A stretch of 64,000 bases of DNA from an uncultured cyanobacterium (lineage in GTDB: Bacteria; Cyanobacteriota; Cyanobacteriia; PCC-9006; JAAUQQ01). Within the stretch, counting starts at the first letter, position 1. The number at the start of each line of letters is the position of its first letter. The position numbers and the translations under genes are program-made. The stretch covers positions 1,824,001 through 1,888,000 of the forward strand of contig OY970368.1 of assembly GCA_963718615.1 (NCBI GenBank), written 5' to 3'. The notes under the pieces were generated by a model, which made no database searches, was not told the DNA's origin, and saw only the letters and a list, made by a program, of their open reading frames with translations. This document shows, piece by piece, positions 1 through 9,185 of this stretch.

Positions 1-178
1 CCGCTCAAAAACCAAGCACAGCAAAGTCTACAGCTTTTACAGGAGGCCATGGCGCAAAACCCGATAGTGGAAAGCGCAGCCTAGAAATTCTGCCCTGGGA
101 GGGAGTTTTGACCCTTACCGAAATGCAAATCTCAAACTCTGCGACAATGGCTTCATTGCGCTTTGGTCAAGTCTCCCC

Positions 179-889
179 ATGGTTCCGCTCAAGGATGATA
201 ACCCCATTCGGATTACGCCCTACGTCACTTACGGGTTAATTGCGGTCAATATTTTAGTCTTTTTGCAAGAGGCAATGTTGGGGGGTCCTCAGCTTGATCG
301 TTTTTTTCACCAGTGGGCGTTGGTCCCCCTTGAGCTGACCCAAAGCTTTGCCGTCGGGCCTTCCCGCTTCAGCTTCAACGAATGGCAAACCCTGATTTCG
401 TCTCAGTTTCTCCACGGGGGCTTTTTGCACTTGGGGGGCAATATGCTCTACCTCTGGATCTTTGGCAACAACCTAGAGGAGCAAATGGGACGGCTGCGGT
501 TTTTGCTGTTTTATCTGCTCTGTGGGGTTTTGGCGGCGTTGGCGCAGTGGTTCTTTGGACCGGATTCAACGGTGCCATCCCTGGGGGCGAGTGGGGCGAT
601 CGCCGGAGTCATGGGGGCCTATATTTTCCGCTATCCCACGATTAAGATTTTGACGTTAGTGCCCCTGGGGATCTTTTTCTTTACGGCGCGGATTCCGGCG
701 ATCGTCTATCTAGGCATTTGGTTTGTGCAGCAGGCCCTCTACGGTCTTGCCAGTTTGCAAGTGCCCACCAATATCGGCATGGAAAGCGGTGGCATTGCCT
801 ATTGGGCTCATGCGGGCGGGTTTGTGTTTGGCGCAGTCCTGGGGCCACTCTTTGGTTTGTTTGACAAGCGTCGAGACGAATGGTCCTAA
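179..889 (+). CDS. Rhomboid family intramembrane serine protease
   Basis: FLHGGFLHLGGNMLYLW, GASG catalytic Ser and AHAGG catalytic His; multiple TM helices. Confidence 0.93.
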   Translation: MVPLKDDNPIRITPYVTYGLIAVNILVFLQEAMLGGPQLDRFFHQWALVPLELTQSFAVGPSRFSFNEWQTLISSQFLHGGFLHLGGNMLYLWIFGNNLEEQMGRLRFLLFYLLCGVLAALAQWFFGPDSTVPSLGASGAIAGVMGAYIFRYPTIKILTLVPLGIFFFTARIPAIVYLGIWFVQQALYGLASLQVPTNIGMESGGIAYWAHAGGFVFGAVLGPLFGLFDKRRDEWS

Positions 890-905
890 ACGGCAGCGTG
901 ACGGC

Positions 906-1991
906 ATGACAGACGGCATGACAGACAGCAAACCCAGCGCCCAAGCCGTTCAAGACCGGGAACACGAGCCTTGGCTGGCGGTCAATCTGTCCAAACTGTT
1001 ACCCGGCCTGGGGCAAATCTATAACGGTCGCTGGCGACGGGGGCTGGTTTTGATCGCCCTCACCGTGGGGCTGGCACTGCTTTCGGTGTTTTGGCTCATC
1101 AGCCCCCTGCCACGGGGTTTGGTTTACAGCCTAGGCAGTTTTGGGCTGCTCCTGCTTTTGAGCCTCTGGAATGCGGTGGATGCCTATCGCCTGACGCCCG
1201 ATCGCTATCCCGGCAAAGATCCCTGGCTGGCGGTCTTTTTGACGACCTTGGTGGTGGGATTAGGACAACTCTATGTCCGCAAATTTTGGCTGGGTGCCCT
1301 CTTGTTGGGGGTGGCGATCGCCAGTTTTGCGTTGCCGCTGCTGCGGCTGCTCCTGTGGCTGCTGGTGCCCCTCGCCGCCTGGCTGGCCTACCGCGCAACG
1401 CCGACCCACCGACCCTTTCCCAAAACCGGCAAAGCCGCTGGACTCGTAGTCCTCGTCACGTTGATTTTGCCCCTGGGGTTGTCCCTACCTGCGGCCTGGG
1501 CCTTGCGCCATGGGGTCATGGAGGCCCGTTCCATTGCCTCGGCCTCGATGCAGCCGACGCTCCAGGTCGGGGATCGCTTGGTCGTCAATAAGCTGGTTTA
1601 TCGCTGGCGATCGCCCCAGCGAGGTGACATTGTCCTCTTCGACGCACCACCGGTTTTGCAACAGTCCCGAATTGAGGGGACACTGATTGGGCGAGTGATT
1701 GGATTACCGGGCGATCGCCTAGAAGTCAAGCCAGGAAAGGTTTTGCTCAATGGCCAGCCCCTCGCAGAGGCCTATATTCTCGAACCCCCGGACTATGCCT
1801 GGGGACCCGAAACCGTGCCTCCGAATAGCTATGCGGTCTTGGGCGATAACCGCAACAATGCCTACGACAGCCACTACTGGGGATTTGTGTCGCGATCGCT
1901 GATTCGAGGCCAAGCCACCCAGCGCTTTTGGCCCCTGAGCCGGTGGGGATTGCTGGCGGTCGAGGCCCCCAGGGCCAGTGGCCAGCGGTGA
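906..1991 (+). CDS. Signal peptidase I-like (S26) protein with an extended N-terminal multi-TM region; catalytic Lys apparently absent
   Basis: SMQPTL and GDNRNNAYDSHYWGFV boxes; two PWLAV..L..GLGQ.Y TM repeats; LIGRVIGLPGD where IKRVIG is expected. Start is probably ATG 906 or 918, not 723. Confidence 0.82.
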   Translation: MTDGMTDSKPSAQAVQDREHEPWLAVNLSKLLPGLGQIYNGRWRRGLVLIALTVGLALLSVFWLISPLPRGLVYSLGSFGLLLLLSLWNAVDAYRLTPDRYPGKDPWLAVFLTTLVVGLGQLYVRKFWLGALLLGVAIASFALPLLRLLLWLLVPLAAWLAYRATPTHRPFPKTGKAAGLVVLVTLILPLGLSLPAAWALRHGVMEARSIASASMQPTLQVGDRLVVNKLVYRWRSPQRGDIVLFDAPPVLQQSRIEGTLIGRVIGLPGDRLEVKPGKVLLNGQPLAEAYILEPPDYAWGPETVPPNSYAVLGDNRNNAYDSHYWGFVSRSLIRGQATQRFWPLSRWGLLAVEAPRASGQR

Positions 1992-2003
1992 ACCTCCAGC
2001 GCT

Positions 2004-2966
2004 TCAGGCCCCCGTCAGCAACTCTCCCAGCTCAACCCGTAGGCCATTGACGAAATCCCAGCCGGACATGTCTTTCTTACCCGCCGGTTTCACCCGTTTG
2101 AGCAACAGCGGCCCATCGCCGGTTTGGACCACAGGCCCTTGGCCCTTGAGCAAGGCAATCACCTGACCGGGGTGGCTTTCCGAGGTTTGAAGCGGTTCCT
2201 CCGTTGCGCCTAGGGGGCTTGTTGCCAAAATCTTGAGGGCTTCGCCGCGAAACTGCGTGCTGCTGTTGGGATAGAAGCCCCGGACCTGATTGTGGAGGGC
2301 GATCGCCCCCTTCGACCAATCCAGCTCATAATCCTCTTTTTGAATCAACGGCGCATAGGTCGCCAAGGCATGGTCCTGGGGAATCGCCGTCACCGTTCCC
2401 GCCTCCAACTGCACTAGCGTCTCAACCAGGGTTTGCGCCCCCAACGCCGCCATCCGCTCCGCCACAGCCCAGGCGGTTTCCTCCGGACCAATGGGCATTT
2501 TCGACACCAGAAGCATATCGCCCGTATCCATGCCTTCATCCATTTTCATCGTCGTCACGCCGGTTTCGGTCTTACCCTGGACAATGCTCCACTGGATCGG
2601 AGCCGCACCTCGATAGTCCGGCAGCAGCGAACCATGGACATTGACGCAGCCCAACCGGGGCATATCCAAGATTTGCTTCGAGAGAATTTGGCCGTAGGCG
2701 ACGACGACAAAGACATCGGCCTGCAAGGCTTCTAGGGCAGCCAGGGTTTCTGGATCTTTTTTGATCCGAGCCGGTTGCCAAACTGGGAGATTGTGGGCAA
2801 TGGCCACCGCTTTGACCGGCGAGGGCGTGGTTTGGTTGCCCCGACCCCGACGCTTATCCGGCTGGGTCACGCAGCCGATCACCTCAAAGCGATCGTCCTG
2901 GAGCAGCGCCTCCAAGCAAGGCACTGCGAATTGCGGGGTTCCAAAGAAGACGACAGAAAGCGCCAT
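2004..2966 (-). CDS. fmt: Methionyl-tRNA formyltransferase
   Basis: [43 protein letters not shown]. Confidence 0.97.
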   Translation of the reverse strand: MALSVVFFGTPQFAVPCLEALLQDDRFEVIGCVTQPDKRRGRGNQTTPSPVKAVAIAHNLPVWQPARIKKDPETLAALEALQADVFVVVAYGQILSKQILDMPRLGCVNVHGSLLPDYRGAAPIQWSIVQGKTETGVTTMKMDEGMDTGDMLLVSKMPIGPEETAWAVAERMAALGAQTLVETLVQLEAGTVTAIPQDHALATYAPLIQKEDYELDWSKGAIALHNQVRGFYPNSSTQFRGEALKILATSPLGATEEPLQTSESHPGQVIALLKGQGPVVQTGDGPLLLKRVKPAGKKDMSGWDFVNGLRVELGELLTGA

Positions 2967-3053
2967 AGACCGAATTTACGAGCGTTACGAACGATTCACG
3001 AACTGTTTTAGTGTCTCAGTTTTAGCGTCTGATTGGGTGTTTGGCTGGGTCTC

Positions 3054-4031
3054 TTACTTCGGCGTCACTCGAATCTCTAGCCGACGATTGCGCTGGCGGT
3101 TTTCGTTGCCGTCATTGGGCACCAGGGGGTCCGCATCGCCGTAGCCGACGGGATTCCAAATCAGGCGATCGCTCCCCCCCTGCAATTTCAAATAATCCAC
3201 AATGATCTGAGCCCGTCGCAACGACAGCTCCCGTCGCGTGGCCGCAGGTCCCACATCGTCCGTATGCACTCCCACGGTAACGATCGCCGCCGGATAGGAT
3301 CGCAGATTGCTCAGCAGTGCCCCCAACAAGGCCGTGGAGCCAGGTTTGAGTAGACTTTGGTTATCTTCAAACAGCGGGTCCAGCGGCAGCGTCACGGTCA
3401 GGGGGCGAGGATTGGGCTCAGGTTGTCCCGAGGCTTTCGGTCCTATTCCCGGATTGGCAAGGGTTTGGGCCAAGGTTGTCAACCGTTGATTGGGTTCTGC
3501 GCCTGCATACTGATAGCCCAACTGTTGCTCCAGCGCCGCTGTTCGCAGCGTCACCTGGGTCAGCTCCGTTTGCAGCGCTGCCACCTCGCCTGCCATCTGC
3601 TCGCGCCGCAGATCGCTGAGAAGTGGGGCCGCTGGGGCTAGCTGGGGTTGGGGTGGGGGCTCCAGCCCATTGAGCAAAGCCCGTGCTCCTTGGATCGGCA
3701 GTCGCCGCAGGGTGCGTAGGCCACCGGCCCCGGTTTCCAGGGCTGTTTCCAGCAGCGGCGAGGCGTTGGAACGAGGAGCGGGGAAAAATTCGGCTAGGAC
3801 GATTCCCGCTGCGGTGGCGACAGTCCCCGCTAAAACCAGGGCAAATCCAGAGGCCAAGCCTTTGAGCAACGCACCCAGCCCTAAGCGCCGTCCAACGTGT
3901 CGCTGTCGAACCTGAGATTCTGGGGAATCTGGGGCCATCGTGGCTTCGGGAGATTCCGCCAAAATTGCGGTCGTCGATTGCTCAGTCGTCGAGCGGGGGG
4001 CTTCTGGATTGGGGGGAGCAGACTCTTCCAT
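3054..4031 (-). CDS. OmpA/MotB C-terminal peptidoglycan-binding domain protein with an N-terminal TM helix
   Basis: HTDD..G...LSLRRA and GYG...P...N....NRQRNRRLEI motifs. Confidence 0.85.
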   Translation of the reverse strand: MEESAPPNPEAPRSTTEQSTTAILAESPEATMAPDSPESQVRQRHVGRRLGLGALLKGLASGFALVLAGTVATAAGIVLAEFFPAPRSNASPLLETALETGAGGLRTLRRLPIQGARALLNGLEPPPQPQLAPAAPLLSDLRREQMAGEVAALQTELTQVTLRTAALEQQLGYQYAGAEPNQRLTTLAQTLANPGIGPKASGQPEPNPRPLTVTLPLDPLFEDNQSLLKPGSTALLGALLSNLRSYPAAIVTVGVHTDDVGPAATRRELSLRRAQIIVDYLKLQGGSDRLIWNPVGYGDADPLVPNDGNENRQRNRRLEIRVTPK

Positions 4032-4115
4032 CAGTCAAGGCCTCGTGGGCGTCCTACGAAAATCCTTTAGAATAGGGCATGATTGTCCATCAGTCTGCCT
4101 ATCCTGACATGAACC

Positions 4116-4511
4116 ATGAGTGACAAGCAAAGTTCTAAGCTGACCCCGTCCGTTCTGCAATGGGGTCTAGGCGTTGCAATTGCGACCGTAGCCCTGATCC
4201 CTGGAGCCGCGATCGCCCAAACCGCAACCCCTGAAGAAACGGTCTGGGGCAAAGAAACCGTAGATCCGTTTTCCCCCAACAACGGGGCTTCTAGTTTGCT
4301 GGACTTGATGCAGCAGATCAATCGCGGCCCCAGCCAAAGCTGGTCAGATTTTCGCGCCAATCAGCAAGAGAATCTCGATAGTGCAGCGGCGGCCTTTCGC
4401 GATCGCCAGCGTCTCCTCCTCCAGCCTAATGCCAGCTCGATCGGCCCCAGCGCCAATATCGAAGCCATCGAACTCCAACCGGCAGATCCCCAACCGGATA
4501 GCATGGAATAA
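4116..4511 (+). CDS. Hypothetical secreted protein
   Basis: Signal-peptide-like N-terminus ending AIA-Q; fills an intergenic gap. Confidence 0.65.
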   Translation: MSDKQSSKLTPSVLQWGLGVAIATVALIPGAAIAQTATPEETVWGKETVDPFSPNNGASSLLDLMQQINRGPSQSWSDFRANQQENLDSAAAAFRDRQRLLLQPNASSIGPSANIEAIELQPADPQPDSME

Positions 4512-4626
4512 GACCTGCAATCAGAATGGATTGACCCTTCCTAAACCGTGAGAGACTAAAAGCAATCAACGTTTGCTCATGTTTAGCCTAAGGGGTAGCC
4601 CAAGGGGAAGAGGGGGAAAAGAGGTC

Positions 4627-6138
4627 ATGGTAGCGGCTGGCCCAGATCAGGCTCAAGACTATTCCAATTCGCAACCGCCGCTGGACTGGGCGGCGATCGC
4701 CCAGTCCTTTGAAAGGGCCTTGGGGGGCGATCGCGTCGTGCGTCGTCGTGAAGAGCTCCTGGTCTACGAGTGCGATGGCCTAACAAGCTACCGTCAGCAG
4801 CCCAAACTTGCCATCCTGCCCCGCACCACAGAGGAAGTGGCCAAGGCCGTCCAGCTTTGCAACCATTGGAATCTGCCCTTCGTGGCGAGAGGCTCCGGGA
4901 CTGGGCTTTCGGGAGGGGCACTGCCCGTAGAAAATTCGGTCTTGATCGTCACGGCTCGGATGCGGCAGATCTTAGACATTGATCTCGACAATCAGCGGGT
5001 GGTGGTTCAACCCGGTGTGATTAATAGTTGGGTGACCCAGGCCGTCAGCGGCGCTGGGTTTTATTATTCGCCGGATCCCTCCAGCCAAATTGTTTGCTCG
5101 GTAGGGGGCAATGTGGCGGAGAACTCCGGCGGGGTTCACTGCATGAAGTATGGCGTGACGACCAACCATGTCCTGGGGCTGAAATTGGTGTTGCCCGATG
5201 GGGCGATCGTCGATGTGGGGGGCCGGGTGCCGGAAATGCCAGGGTATGATCTCACTGGCATTTTTGTGGGATCCGAAGGGACCCTGGGCATTGCAACGGA
5301 AATTGCGTTGCGGATTCTCAAATCTGCCGACAGCATTCGCGTTCTGCTGGCGGATTTTACCAGTGTTGAAGCGGCGGGCGCAGCGGTGACCGGGATTGTT
5401 GGGGCGGGGGTCATTCCGGCGGCGATGGAAATGATGGACAACCTCAGTATTAATGCCGTTGAGGATGTGGCTAAAACCAATTGTTATCCTCGGGATGCGG
5501 CAGCGATTTTGTTGGTGGAGCTGGATGGTCGTGAGCTTGAGGTGGAGGCTAATAGCGATCGCGTCACCGAAATCTGCCGTGCCCACGGTGCTCGCAATAT
5601 CACCAGCGCCACCGATGAGCAGGAGCGTCTCACGCTCTGGAAAGGCCGCAAGGCTGCCTTCGCCGCCATGGGTCAGCTCAGCCCGGATTACTACGTCCAA
5701 GATGGGGTAATTCCCCGCACCCAACTGCCCTGGGTTTTGCAGGAAATCGCGGATTTGGGCAAACAGCATGGCTACTATGTGGCGAATGTCTTTCACGCAG
5801 GGGATGGTAATTTGCATCCGCTGATTTTGTACGACAACGCTGTTCCCGGCGCGCTCCAGCAGGTGGAAGCCTTGGGCGGCGATATTCTCAAGCTTTGCGT
5901 CAAGGCAGGGGGCAGTATTTCCGGGGAGCATGGCATCGGCGCGGACAAGCGCTGCTATATGCCCCAAATGTTTTCGGAAACGGATTTGGAAACGATGCAG
6001 TTTGTCCGGCAGGCCTTTAATCCCAAGGGATTGGCGAATCCCACCAAGATTTTCCCAACCCCCAAAACCTGCGGCGAAGCGGCCAACGCGGCCAAGAGAG
6101 CCAACCTTAAGCCGATCGACGGGATTGAGCGATTCTAG
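4627..6138 (+). CDS. glcD: Glycolate dehydrogenase/oxidase FAD subunit
   Basis: RGSGTGLSGG, PDPSSQ, HAGDGNLHP and GEHGIG motifs; start placed at ATG 4627. Confidence 0.93.
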   Translation: MVAAGPDQAQDYSNSQPPLDWAAIAQSFERALGGDRVVRRREELLVYECDGLTSYRQQPKLAILPRTTEEVAKAVQLCNHWNLPFVARGSGTGLSGGALPVENSVLIVTARMRQILDIDLDNQRVVVQPGVINSWVTQAVSGAGFYYSPDPSSQIVCSVGGNVAENSGGVHCMKYGVTTNHVLGLKLVLPDGAIVDVGGRVPEMPGYDLTGIFVGSEGTLGIATEIALRILKSADSIRVLLADFTSVEAAGAAVTGIVGAGVIPAAMEMMDNLSINAVEDVAKTNCYPRDAAAILLVELDGRELEVEANSDRVTEICRAHGARNITSATDEQERLTLWKGRKAAFAAMGQLSPDYYVQDGVIPRTQLPWVLQEIADLGKQHGYYVANVFHAGDGNLHPLILYDNAVPGALQQVEALGGDILKLCVKAGGSISGEHGIGADKRCYMPQMFSETDLETMQFVRQAFNPKGLANPTKIFPTPKTCGEAANAAKRANLKPIDGIERF

Positions 6139-6359
6139 TGACTATCCCTCTGGGAAGAGGGACTGTGGAGTATTGGGTGGTGAATGTGGCGGAGGGTGAG
6201 GTGTTTGCCTTTGGGATGCGGGATGGTGGCAGTGCGAGAATTGAGGTTTCGCAGGTGCTGCCGGGGCTGGCGATGGCGACGGTGGAGGAGGCGCTGAAGC
6301 GGGGCAAGACGGAGGAGGATGGGGCGATTAATCGGTGGTTGATTGAGCAGTTTAGTTAG
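6138..6359 (+). pseudogene. C-terminal fragment of a Uma2-family endonuclease
   Basis: VEYWVVNV...SQVLPGL matches the Uma2 C-terminus; the N-terminal PD-(D/E)xK part is missing. Confidence 0.65.
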
Positions 6360-6499
6360 CGAAATGGCTCAAGGAAAAAACCTTGGCCTTGAGATTGACT
6401 CATTTGCCGAGTAATTTTACATGGCGCTGCTGGGATGGACGACTATCATGTTCGGTATTGCAGCGAAGCCTTTCAGGCTTAATGTCAGAATGTGATTAA

Positions 6500-7160
6500 T
6501 AGACCTCTTGCACGAATAGCCGGAGAGAGGGGGCTTGGGATTGAAGAGCAAGAAAGTGACTTTGCGATCGCCATGCGCTACCTCCAACTCAAACTCCTTA
6601 AAGCTGCCGATTTTCGTCGCTACAGCGGTTTGAAGCCAGAGACGTTTGAGCGTCTTGCCAATGACTTACGCCCGCACCTGCCGAAAGTCGGTCAGCGGGG
6701 TGGGCAACCGGGCTTTACCGTAGAAGACCAGTTGCTCATCACCCTGGAGTACTGGCGAGAGTACCGCACCCAGTTCCACATCGGCGTCGCCTGGGGAACC
6801 TCAGAGGCAACGGTCTGCCGGACCATCAAACGAGTCGAGGACCAACTCGCCGCCTTGGGCTATGGGAGCTTTGCCCGGAAAACAAGCCCTTAAGCCAGGA
6901 GAGGACCTAGAAGGACGGATAGTGGCCATCGATGTGAGTGAGTCGCCAATTGAGCGGCCTTAAAAAAACAACGAGATTACTACAGCGGCAAGAAAAGTAA
7001 GCATACACTGAGCGTGCAGGTGATCATCGACTTGATAACCCTTAAGATTCTGTGCACGGTGTATGGCAAAGGAAAGCAGCAGGACTTTGGGTTGTTCAAA
7101 GACTCAGGAGTAGAGTTCGCTGAAGAAATAGACGTCATTGGGGATAAGGGCTATCAGGGC
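6500..7160 (+). mobile_element. Degenerate IS5-family (HTH_Tnp_4/DDE_Tnp_4 type) element, frameshifted and 3'-truncated
   Basis: End-like TAGACCTCTTGCA at 6500; ORF from ATG 6573 (FRRYSG..EDQLLITLEYWREYRT); later frames give IDVSESPIERP, YSGKK.KHTL and DKGYQG. Confidence 0.8.
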
Positions 7161-7455
7161 CTTCTGATTTTCTGGGACGGGGCGAGCTATCACAAATCGA
7201 AGCAGCTACGAGCCTATCTGAGTGAGGTTAATCAAGGATTGGAGCCCGAGGACTGGAAGATTCACTGTGTTCTGTTTGCGCCCAACGACCCCACTCAGAA
7301 TCCGGTTGAGGATGTCTTGCTTCAGGCGAAAACTTGGCTGAGGCGCATGTCCGGAGTCCGTCCCTGCTTCAAGGCACTCAAGGCTCTGTTTGAGCAGTTC
7401 TTCACCCTGGATACTTTTGACTTCCCCAAACTGTATATGTACGGGAAATTATCAG
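7161..7455 (+). pseudogene. C-terminal fragment of an IS630-family transposase, fused in frame to the IS5 remnant
   Basis: IFWDGASYH...FAPNDPTQNPVE (DDE_3-like motifs). Confidence 0.75.
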
Positions 7456-7587
7456 CCCTCTTGCATAGATTTTTGAAGACCGAAACCCTATGGAATCTGT
7501 TGATTTCCATGACTTATGGGGGTCTTGCACGCTTTTGGTAATCTAAGGGAGATTTGTCTTCCAGTCAGTCCCTAACTCTAGAAACTC

Positions 7588-7824
7588 TTATGTATCAGAG
7601 TTAAGAATCTGCTGGAGACGTTCCCATTCATCCGTAGAGAGGTTTTCTAATCCCGAAGGACTCTTCCTCAAGAAATTCTTGATTATACCAAGATATCTAT
7701 CGTTGCCATTTCCTTCTAAAAGATCTCTGGCCCAATCAACGACCATCTTATCTAACCTTTCGCGCCGTTGAGTAAATGACTCTTCGGTCTGGGGTAAGCG
7801 CATGTCAGACATCATGCCCACCAA
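7588..7824 (-). CDS. Hypothetical protein, low-GC island
   Basis: 78-aa ORF, charged and helical, divergent from the 242-aa ORF. Confidence 0.5.
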   Translation of the reverse strand: MVGMMSDMRLPQTEESFTQRRERLDKMVVDWARDLLEGNGNDRYLGIIKNFLRKSPSGLENLSTDEWERLQQILNSDT

Positions 7825-7916
7825 TTTATAGTACTTTTGTTCTTTAAGGTATTATATAGCTTTAGTCAAGTGCTTTCTGATAGGTTAAGACAACTAATTG
7901 TTGAGGTGAGATAATT

Positions 7917-8645
7917 GTGTCGCAAAACTTACCAGCTTGGTTAACAGTTGTTAGTCCTATAGTAGGGGCTGTTGGCGTCGCATTTACTTATGAGCGTTGG
8001 ATTATAGATCAACGTATGCAGCAGAAGACAGATATTATCGATGACTTAACAAGGCGTATAGCACGTCAAGAAGCGCATCATGCGAAGGAAAGAGATGCAC
8101 TCTTAGAGAAAGCGGAGAAGGCCTTTGATGCCTTGCGAGAGACCTTAAAAAGCATAAATTCGGAAGAAGTTGGTGCTGCCGATATTGTGCGTATAAAACG
8201 GGTACTATCCAACTGCGAGCGTTGGGAAAATCAGCGTGAAGCAATAGAGAACTGTAGAGTTGCTGCAAAAGAATTAGAAACCCATTACTCTAGATTTTTA
8301 ACCAAGGCTTGCGCAAATGCACTCAAGGTTTATGCAAATAGTTCAGCTGAGTTTTCAAAGCTGCGCTCATCGGCTAAGTCGAAGAAAAGTAAGAAGTTTA
8401 GGCATGATCTTGTAAATTACATTGGTTGGATATACGATTGCTTGTACATAGGGCATCCTAACAATAATCCGTTAAGTAATTATGTTAAACAGCCGACCTT
8501 TACATCGACACTTCCCTACTTAATAGCAATAGAAGAAATAAAACAAGCAGCTCAATGGAAAACGCTATCTGTTGAGCAACTTTCATACCTGAATGACATG
8601 TTTGATGAGCTAATCTCCCGAATTAATGAAGAATTTCAAGCTTGA
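7917..8645 (+). CDS. Hypothetical protein with N-terminal TM helix and coiled coil, low-GC island
   Basis: 242 open codons in AT-rich DNA; GAGGTG RBS upstream; hydrophobic WLTVVSPIVGAVGVAFTY. Confidence 0.7.
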   Translation: MSQNLPAWLTVVSPIVGAVGVAFTYERWIIDQRMQQKTDIIDDLTRRIARQEAHHAKERDALLEKAEKAFDALRETLKSINSEEVGAADIVRIKRVLSNCERWENQREAIENCRVAAKELETHYSRFLTKACANALKVYANSSAEFSKLRSSAKSKKSKKFRHDLVNYIGWIYDCLYIGHPNNNPLSNYVKQPTFTSTLPYLIAIEEIKQAAQWKTLSVEQLSYLNDMFDELISRINEEFQA

Positions 8646-8648
8646 GTT

Positions 8649-8819
8649 TTATTGAGCTGATCGAGGCACTTTACAACGATAAATGTGAATAAATCGATTG
8701 AGAGACCAAAGGAGCATATCTTTCTCCTTTTGCTCTAGGCTTCCTAGTTCTCTTATATCTTTTTCCATCTCTAGCAGAATTTCGCATCGAACGTTACCAG
8801 GCCAAGTATTCCTTGCCAT
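8649..8819 (-). CDS. Possible 56-aa small protein (not in the ORF track)
   Basis: ATG 8819 to TAA 8649: MARNTWPGNVRCEILLEMEKDIRELGSLEQKEKDMLLWSLNRFIHIYRCKVPRSAQ; converges on the 242-aa ORF. Confidence 0.35.
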   Translation of the reverse strand: MARNTWPGNVRCEILLEMEKDIRELGSLEQKEKDMLLWSLNRFIHIYRCKVPRSAQ

Positions 8820-8970
8820 TTGTCAACTCGTTTGTGAATTGTCTAGAAAGACTTTCTAGACAAAAAACGGGGATCAGGAAAAAAACAAAATCATCACTAA
8901 ATATTAACCAGTAGGTAACTCTCTACATCTGTCATAAGAATGGTGGGGAATCCATATCCTTATTGATACT

Positions 8971-9035
8971 TCCGTCGCAAAGGGTTACAGCGGAAACACT
9001 GGGCAGTGTTTCCGCTCTGTAGAAGACACGACGGA
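8971..9035. repeat. Long nested inverted repeat / hairpin
   Basis: TCCGTCG..TACAG-CGGAAACACTG-GG-CAGTGTTTCCG-CT-CTGTA..CGACGGA; perfect 13-bp core at 8989-9016. Confidence 0.75.
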
Positions 9036-9185
9036 TAGCTCCAAAAGAATGAGACATAGAACATCCTATAACTATGGAATCATTGTCTTAGCCGATTCTG
9101 CCGCTGCTTCTGAGGCTTTTATACATTCATTACTGCGCCGCTCTGTTCTTCCACCGAAAATTACTCTCTTTTGTATATAGTCTAA

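Noticed and set aside
723-905. Long N-terminal extensions in the ORF track (also 4573, 23880, 26916, 33574, 48679, 55510)
   Set aside because: They overlap neighbouring genes or lack homology-like sequence; downstream starts fit the families better.
4972-5967. 331-aa minus-strand ORF (also 44901-45596, 51622-52275, 53561-54220 and similar)
   Set aside because: Antisense shadows of well-supported genes, explained by codon bias.
8971-9035. Hairpin as a retron msd
   Set aside because: No reverse transcriptase nearby and no identifiable msr or a1/a2 arrangement; kept only as an unexplained structure.
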